64,000 nucleotides of DNA from Gammaproteobacteria bacterium. GTDB lineage: Bacteria; Pseudomonadota; Gammaproteobacteria; Eutrophobiales; Eutrophobiaceae. The stretch lies in contig OZ244905.1 of the NCBI GenBank assembly GCA_965221695.1, positions 1,984,001 through 2,048,000 of the forward strand. Reading direction: 5' to 3'. Both the position numbers and the translations under genes were made by a program. The notes under the pieces were generated by a model, which did not search any database, was not told the origin of the DNA, and was given only the letters and a program-made list of their open reading frames with translations. This document shows, in pieces, positions 60,045 to 64,000 of this stretch. The first letter of the stretch is position 1. The number at the start of each line of letters is the position of its first letter.

Positions 60045-61187
60045 ATGAACAATCAGGGATTAAAAATGCGCTTTGTCACCATAACAATGGGCGTCTTGTT
60101 GCTCATCTCTCTGATCGCGACCGCCCAGGAAGATGCGCAGATCTCCAAGGAATTCACCAAGACTTATCGCGCCTATAATACCGCCTACTCACAACGAAAT
60201 TATACGCGCGCTGCCGATCTTGCGCGCAAAGCGCTTGACCTGGCTATAGGTGAACTTGGCGCGGACCATGAAAAGATTCCTGTCCTGCAGGTCAACCTTG
60301 CCCATGTCCTGATCATAATGGGAGAAATGGAACAAGCTGAGCCACTCCTGCTGCAGGCAAAAGCCAAGATGATCCAGCAACTTGGCGCGGATAGTCCGGA
60401 TCTGATTACCATTCATGAGGACCATGCCAAGATCTATGCCAGCAAACAAGAACTGGACAAAGCCAACGAAGAGCTAGACACGATCATCTCGATCATTACG
60501 CAACAGGCAGGCGCCAGGGCGCCGGGTATCGCCAATGTGCTGGTCCAGCAAGCGGCCATTCATATCGCCCAGGAAAAGATGGACAAGGGTGAGGCAGCCT
60601 ATCTTGAGGCGCAGGCTATTTTCGACGAGAACTTTGGCCAGGGCAATGTGCGTTCCGCGGACGTTATCTCTTTGCTCGGAGATATCGACATAACCCGCCG
60701 GGACTATGAGCAGGCGGAACAGAAATACCTGGAGGCGTTGCGCATCTATGAGGACAACCTGGTCGAAGATGATCCGATTGTTGTAGCAAACCATTCCCGC
60801 CTGGCGAAATTGTATGTCGCCCTGCGCGACGATAAATTTGCCGACCACGCCGACAAGGTAATCCGTTATACTCCAGATAAGGACGGGCCGGCCGTACCGC
60901 TGTTTGTGATGCAACCAAAATACCCGATTTTCGAAGATGGCGTCAGACCGACAGGGTGGGCGTTGGTGGAATTCACGGTCACCATGGACGGGCGCGTTAT
61001 GAATCCGGAAATCGTCGAATCGAGACCGGGGAATATTTTTAACCAGGTAACCCTGGATGTCACCCCGACTTGGCGGTTCAAGCCCAAGGTAGTGGACGGG
61101 CAGCGAGTGGACCAGGAAAATACCCGGGTGCGGCTGGTGTTTATCGAGGACAACATCGAGGTGTACTTCGGGGAGTTGAAACTGTGA
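60045..61187 (+). CDS. Exported TPR-repeat protein with C-terminal TonB_C domain
   Basis: Signal peptide, ~42-aa TPRs, then PKYP..GWALVEFTV..G.V..WRFKP..DG. Confidence 0.82.
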   Translation: MNNQGLKMRFVTITMGVLLLISLIATAQEDAQISKEFTKTYRAYNTAYSQRNYTRAADLARKALDLAIGELGADHEKIPVLQVNLAHVLIIMGEMEQAEPLLLQAKAKMIQQLGADSPDLITIHEDHAKIYASKQELDKANEELDTIISIITQQAGARAPGIANVLVQQAAIHIAQEKMDKGEAAYLEAQAIFDENFGQGNVRSADVISLLGDIDITRRDYEQAEQKYLEALRIYEDNLVEDDPIVVANHSRLAKLYVALRDDKFADHADKVIRYTPDKDGPAVPLFVMQPKYPIFEDGVRPTGWALVEFTVTMDGRVMNPEIVESRPGNIFNQVTLDVTPTWRFKPKVVDGQRVDQENTRVRLVFIEDNIEVYFGELKL

Positions 61188-61247
61188 ATTTAACCCGAAA
61201 ATCGGCAGGAAGGCTAATTCACGCAACAGCTTGCCGGCGCCGCTTAA

Positions 61248-61274
61248 AGAAAGTCTGATTAAGTCAGAGTTTTC
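61248..61274. repeat. Family A mini-palindrome with TTAA duplication
   Basis: TTAA-AGAAAGTCTGATTAAGTCAGAGTTTTC-TTAA; right TTA is the dgkA stop. Confidence 0.85.
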
Positions 61275-61640
61275 TTAATTAAAAAGAACCAGCGCCCATA
61301 CAAGAACGACATTACCCAAGGCCAGAAATACGGCTGCAGAGGCAATGTCCTTGGCCTTGCCGGACAATTCGTGGTATTCAGCGCCAATACGGTCCACCAC
61401 ATACTCAACACCAGTATTGATCAATTCGACGATCAATACGAGCAACACACTGCCGGCCAGTAATGCCCGTTCAACCCCGTTGTCGCCCAGCCACAGACCG
61501 AGGGGCAATAAAACTGCGGCCAGAGCCAGTTCCTGCCGAAATGCCACCTCTGTTTTATAGCAGGCAACCAAGCCTTGACAGGAGTACATTGCGGCCCTGA
61601 TGATGCGGGCAATCCCAGTCGGTTTTTTTTCTTCCGTCAT
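61275..61640 (-). CDS. dgkA: Diacylglycerol kinase
   Basis: AFRQE, ELINTGVEYVVDRIG..H.LSGKAKD. Confidence 0.95.
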   Translation of the reverse strand: MTEEKKPTGIARIIRAAMYSCQGLVACYKTEVAFRQELALAAVLLPLGLWLGDNGVERALLAGSVLLVLIVELINTGVEYVVDRIGAEYHELSGKAKDIASAAVFLALGNVVLVWALVLFN

Positions 61641-61703
61641 TGAACGCAGCAAGTGATCGTTTCCATACTGGCATTATAAAGAATTTACAGAAGGGGATGA
61701 TAG

Positions 61704-62750
61704 TCAGTCGGCAAAATCAGGCTGAAAGATTACCAGGTGGTCGATCTCCGGGCGGATGCCTATTTTTTCACCTATAGCGTGGTCGTGATGGCTGGGCGCC
61801 AGGCTTAGTATCCGGGTGCCGCTGGGCAAGGCCAGGGTATAGAGAAACTGGGCGCCACGGAAGACCTTGTCCTCAATTAGAGCAGTCTGTTGGCTGGCGT
61901 CGTCGTGCGCAATGTCGTCCGGGCGTATCAAAACGGACACCCTGGACCGCGTCGCGCTACCATGGGGAGCGGCGGCGCTCAGCACGCCCAGTTCTGTCTC
62001 TATCTCCGTATTGCTCAATACGACGCCGGCTAGCAATACACCTTCACCGATAAATCGGGCTATCTGCGGATCTGCGGGACGATGGTAAAGGTTGAAGGCA
62101 TTATCCCATTGCAACAGTTTGCCGTCATGGATGACACCGATCTCGTCCGCCATAGCAAAGGCTTCAAGCTGGTTGTGGGTCACCAGGATGACGGTGACGC
62201 CGTCCCGCTTGAGGATTGCGCGCAGTTCTCGGGCGAGCTGCTCCCTAAGCTCTATATCCATGTTTGAGAACGGTTCATCCAGCAACAGAATATCCGGACG
62301 CGGAGCCAGCGCGCGCGCGATAGCAACCCGTTGTTGCTGGCCGCCCGATAGCTGGTGCGGAAATTTGTGCTGGAAATCGGCGATCTCCAGCAACTGCGCC
62401 AGCTCGTCTATCCGGCGCTGGCGTTCCACTTTTGCAAGCTCCCGCAAACCGAATGTTATGTTATCGCGCGCGCTCAGGTGTGGAAACAGCGCGAAGTCCT
62501 GGAACACCATACCCACACCCCTTTGCTCTACCGGAACCAGCGCGGCAGGACTGCTGACACAGCGTCTATCGATCCGGACTTCGCCATGCTCGGGCCGCTC
62601 AAACCCTGCGATGGCGCGCAACAAGGTGGTCTTACCGCAGCCGCTCGGGCCCAGCAGACAGCCGATATCCCCTTGCCCAAGACGCAAGGAGAGGTCTGAA
62701 ATGACGGTTTTGCCATCGAACCGGATCGTGAGGTTTATGATTTCAAGCAT
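61704..62750 (-). CDS. fbpC: Fe3+ ABC transporter ATP-binding protein
   Basis: GPSGCGKT, LSGGQQQR, LLDEPF, TOBE-like C-terminus; ATG 62750 overlaps permease stop. Confidence 0.8.
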   Translation of the reverse strand: MLEIINLTIRFDGKTVISDLSLRLGQGDIGCLLGPSGCGKTTLLRAIAGFERPEHGEVRIDRRCVSSPAALVPVEQRGVGMVFQDFALFPHLSARDNITFGLRELAKVERQRRIDELAQLLEIADFQHKFPHQLSGGQQQRVAIARALAPRPDILLLDEPFSNMDIELREQLARELRAILKRDGVTVILVTHNQLEAFAMADEIGVIHDGKLLQWDNAFNLYHRPADPQIARFIGEGVLLAGVVLSNTEIETELGVLSAAAPHGSATRSRVSVLIRPDDIAHDDASQQTALIEDKVFRGAQFLYTLALPSGTRILSLAPSHHDHAIGEKIGIRPEIDHLVIFQPDFAD

Positions 62751-64000
62751 TGCCGGTACGGGAACGTGAAATTGCTCTACTGAGTATAATAACCGGAATG
62801 ATACCTGCCAGTACGATCGCAAGCGCCGGTAACGCCGCTTCCGCCAGTCTTTCTTCATTAGCCAATTCATAGGCGCGAACCGCCAGCGTATTAAAATTGA
62901 ACGGCCGCAGTATCAGCGTTGCCGGCAGTTCCTTCAGGACATCGACAAACACCAGCAGCATGCCAGTGAACAAGCTCCCGCGCAGGATCGGCGCATGCAC
63001 TTGCCGCAATAACCCGAAACCGCTGACACCCAGGCTCCGCCCTGCTTCGTCCATGGACTGTTTGATCCTTTCCAGGCCCGCTTGTGCGGTATTCAGGGAA
63101 AGGGCCATGAAACGCACCAGATAGGCAAACACCAGAGTGGCAATTGTCCCGCTGAACAGCAGGCTATGATCTGTGCCGGTCAGGAAACCTAACCAGTCTC
63201 CCAGGCGGTGGTCCAGCCAGCTCAATGGGATCAGCGCCCCCACCGCAATCACCGCGCCAGGAACAGCGTAACCCATGCCCACCATACGACTGGTCCCGTT
63301 GGTCATATGCCCTGGATGTTCACGCCGGGCATAGGATATTGCCAAGGCCAGAGCAACCGCGAGCAAGGAGGTGATGAGCGCCAGTTCAAGGCTGCTCCGG
63401 ACCAGGGCGAAATAACCGCCTCCCACTGAAGAACGCCAGGTTTGCATTGCCCATAACATCAACTGCGCTACCGGGATGATGAACCCGAACAGAACCGGTG
63501 TCGCGCACAAGCACAGCGCAACCAGCGCGTATCGATTATTCAGGGATGTCTGCGTCATGCGCGTGTAACGGGCGCTGGTATGGTGATAGCGGGACAAACG
63601 TCGCGACCGCTGTTCCAGCACGACCAGACATAACACAAAAAACATCAGCAACGCGGAGAGCTGTGCCGCGGCCAGGCTGCTTCCGAGCCCGAACCAGGTC
63701 TTGAAGATGCCAGTGGTAAACGTTGCCACACCAAAGTACTGCACGGTACCGTAGTCTGCTAGCGTTTCCATCAGTACCAGGGACAACCCCGCGAGGACGG
63801 CCGGCCGTCCCAGCGGCAGCCCCAGCTTGAAGAACGCGCGCGCCGGCCTGACGCCCAAGGTGCGCGCCACCTCTACCACGCAGGCGGATTGCTCCAGAAA
63901 AGCGGCCCGGGCCAGAAGATAGATATACGGGTACAGCGTCAGAGACAGGACCAGCGTCGCGCCTGGCAGAGAACGAATATCGGGAAACCAGTAATCGCCG
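62743..64000 (-). CDS. fbpB: Fe3+ ABC transporter permease (5' part outside window)
   Basis: METLADYG, GYAVPGAVIAVG, KELPATLILRPFNF. Confidence 0.85.
   Translation of the reverse strand, partial: GDYWFPDIRSLPGATLVLSLTLYPYIYLLARAAFLEQSACVVEVARTLGVRPARAFFKLGLPLGRPAVLAGLSLVLMETLADYGTVQYFGVATFTTGIFKTWFGLGSSLAAAQLSALLMFFVLCLVVLEQRSRRLSRYHHTSARYTRMTQTSLNNRYALVALCLCATPVLFGFIIPVAQLMLWAMQTWRSSVGGGYFALVRSSLELALITSLLAVALALAISYARREHPGHMTNGTSRMVGMGYAVPGAVIAVGALIPLSWLDHRLGDWLGFLTGTDHSLLFSGTIATLVFAYLVRFMALSLNTAQAGLERIKQSMDEAGRSLGVSGFGLLRQVHAPILRGSLFTGMLLVFVDVLKELPATLILRPFNFNTLAVRAYELANEERLAEAALPALAIVLAGIIPVIILSRAISRSRTGNA

Noticed and set aside
3291-61274. 27-bp palindromes as CRISPR repeats or a transcription-factor regulon
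   Set aside because: Dispersed rather than arrayed, no cas genes; many lie at 3' ends with target duplications

Overview
Core chromosome of a moderately GC-rich gammaproteobacterium. It carries regB(part)-regA, pcnB-folK-dNK-panBC, tRNA-Glu(CTC), lptFG/pepA-holC-valS, cysE, iscR-sufABCDSUT, ndk-rlmN-rodZ-hisS-yfgM-bamB-der, dapA-bamC/gcvR-bcp-perM, queG, rpe-trpGDC, TPR-lolB-ispE..tRNA-Gln-prs-rplY-pth-ychF, hemA-prfA-prmC-moeB, dgkA and an Fe3+ ABC transporter. Small accessory insertions include pobA and a hydrolase; a methyltransferase with a DUF364-like and a TPR gene; an orphan DNA MTase; a cyclase/aldolase/TSUP/Cys8 block; an Asp-hydroxylase with a putative propeller; and a TPR-TonB fusion. 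No transposase, integrase, CRISPR array or rRNA is seen. The unexplained signal is a dense population of small structured non-coding elements. (A) About 15 copies of a 27-bp palindrome, the best with 4-bp YTAR target duplications, which look like collapsed forms of a 151-bp five-hairpin element upstream of prs. (B) A 239-bp MITE (3 full copies, 1 truncated copy, 1 solo end) with compensatory base changes; one copy carries a nested 72-bp hairpin element. (C) Inverted repeats of about 130-155 bp bracketing a four-gene block. (D) REP-like hairpins. These elements supply stop codons, a probable RBS and possibly a start codon to core genes, and two carry CsrA-consensus GGA loops. All calls come from reading the sequence and recognising motifs and synteny; no database searches were run.
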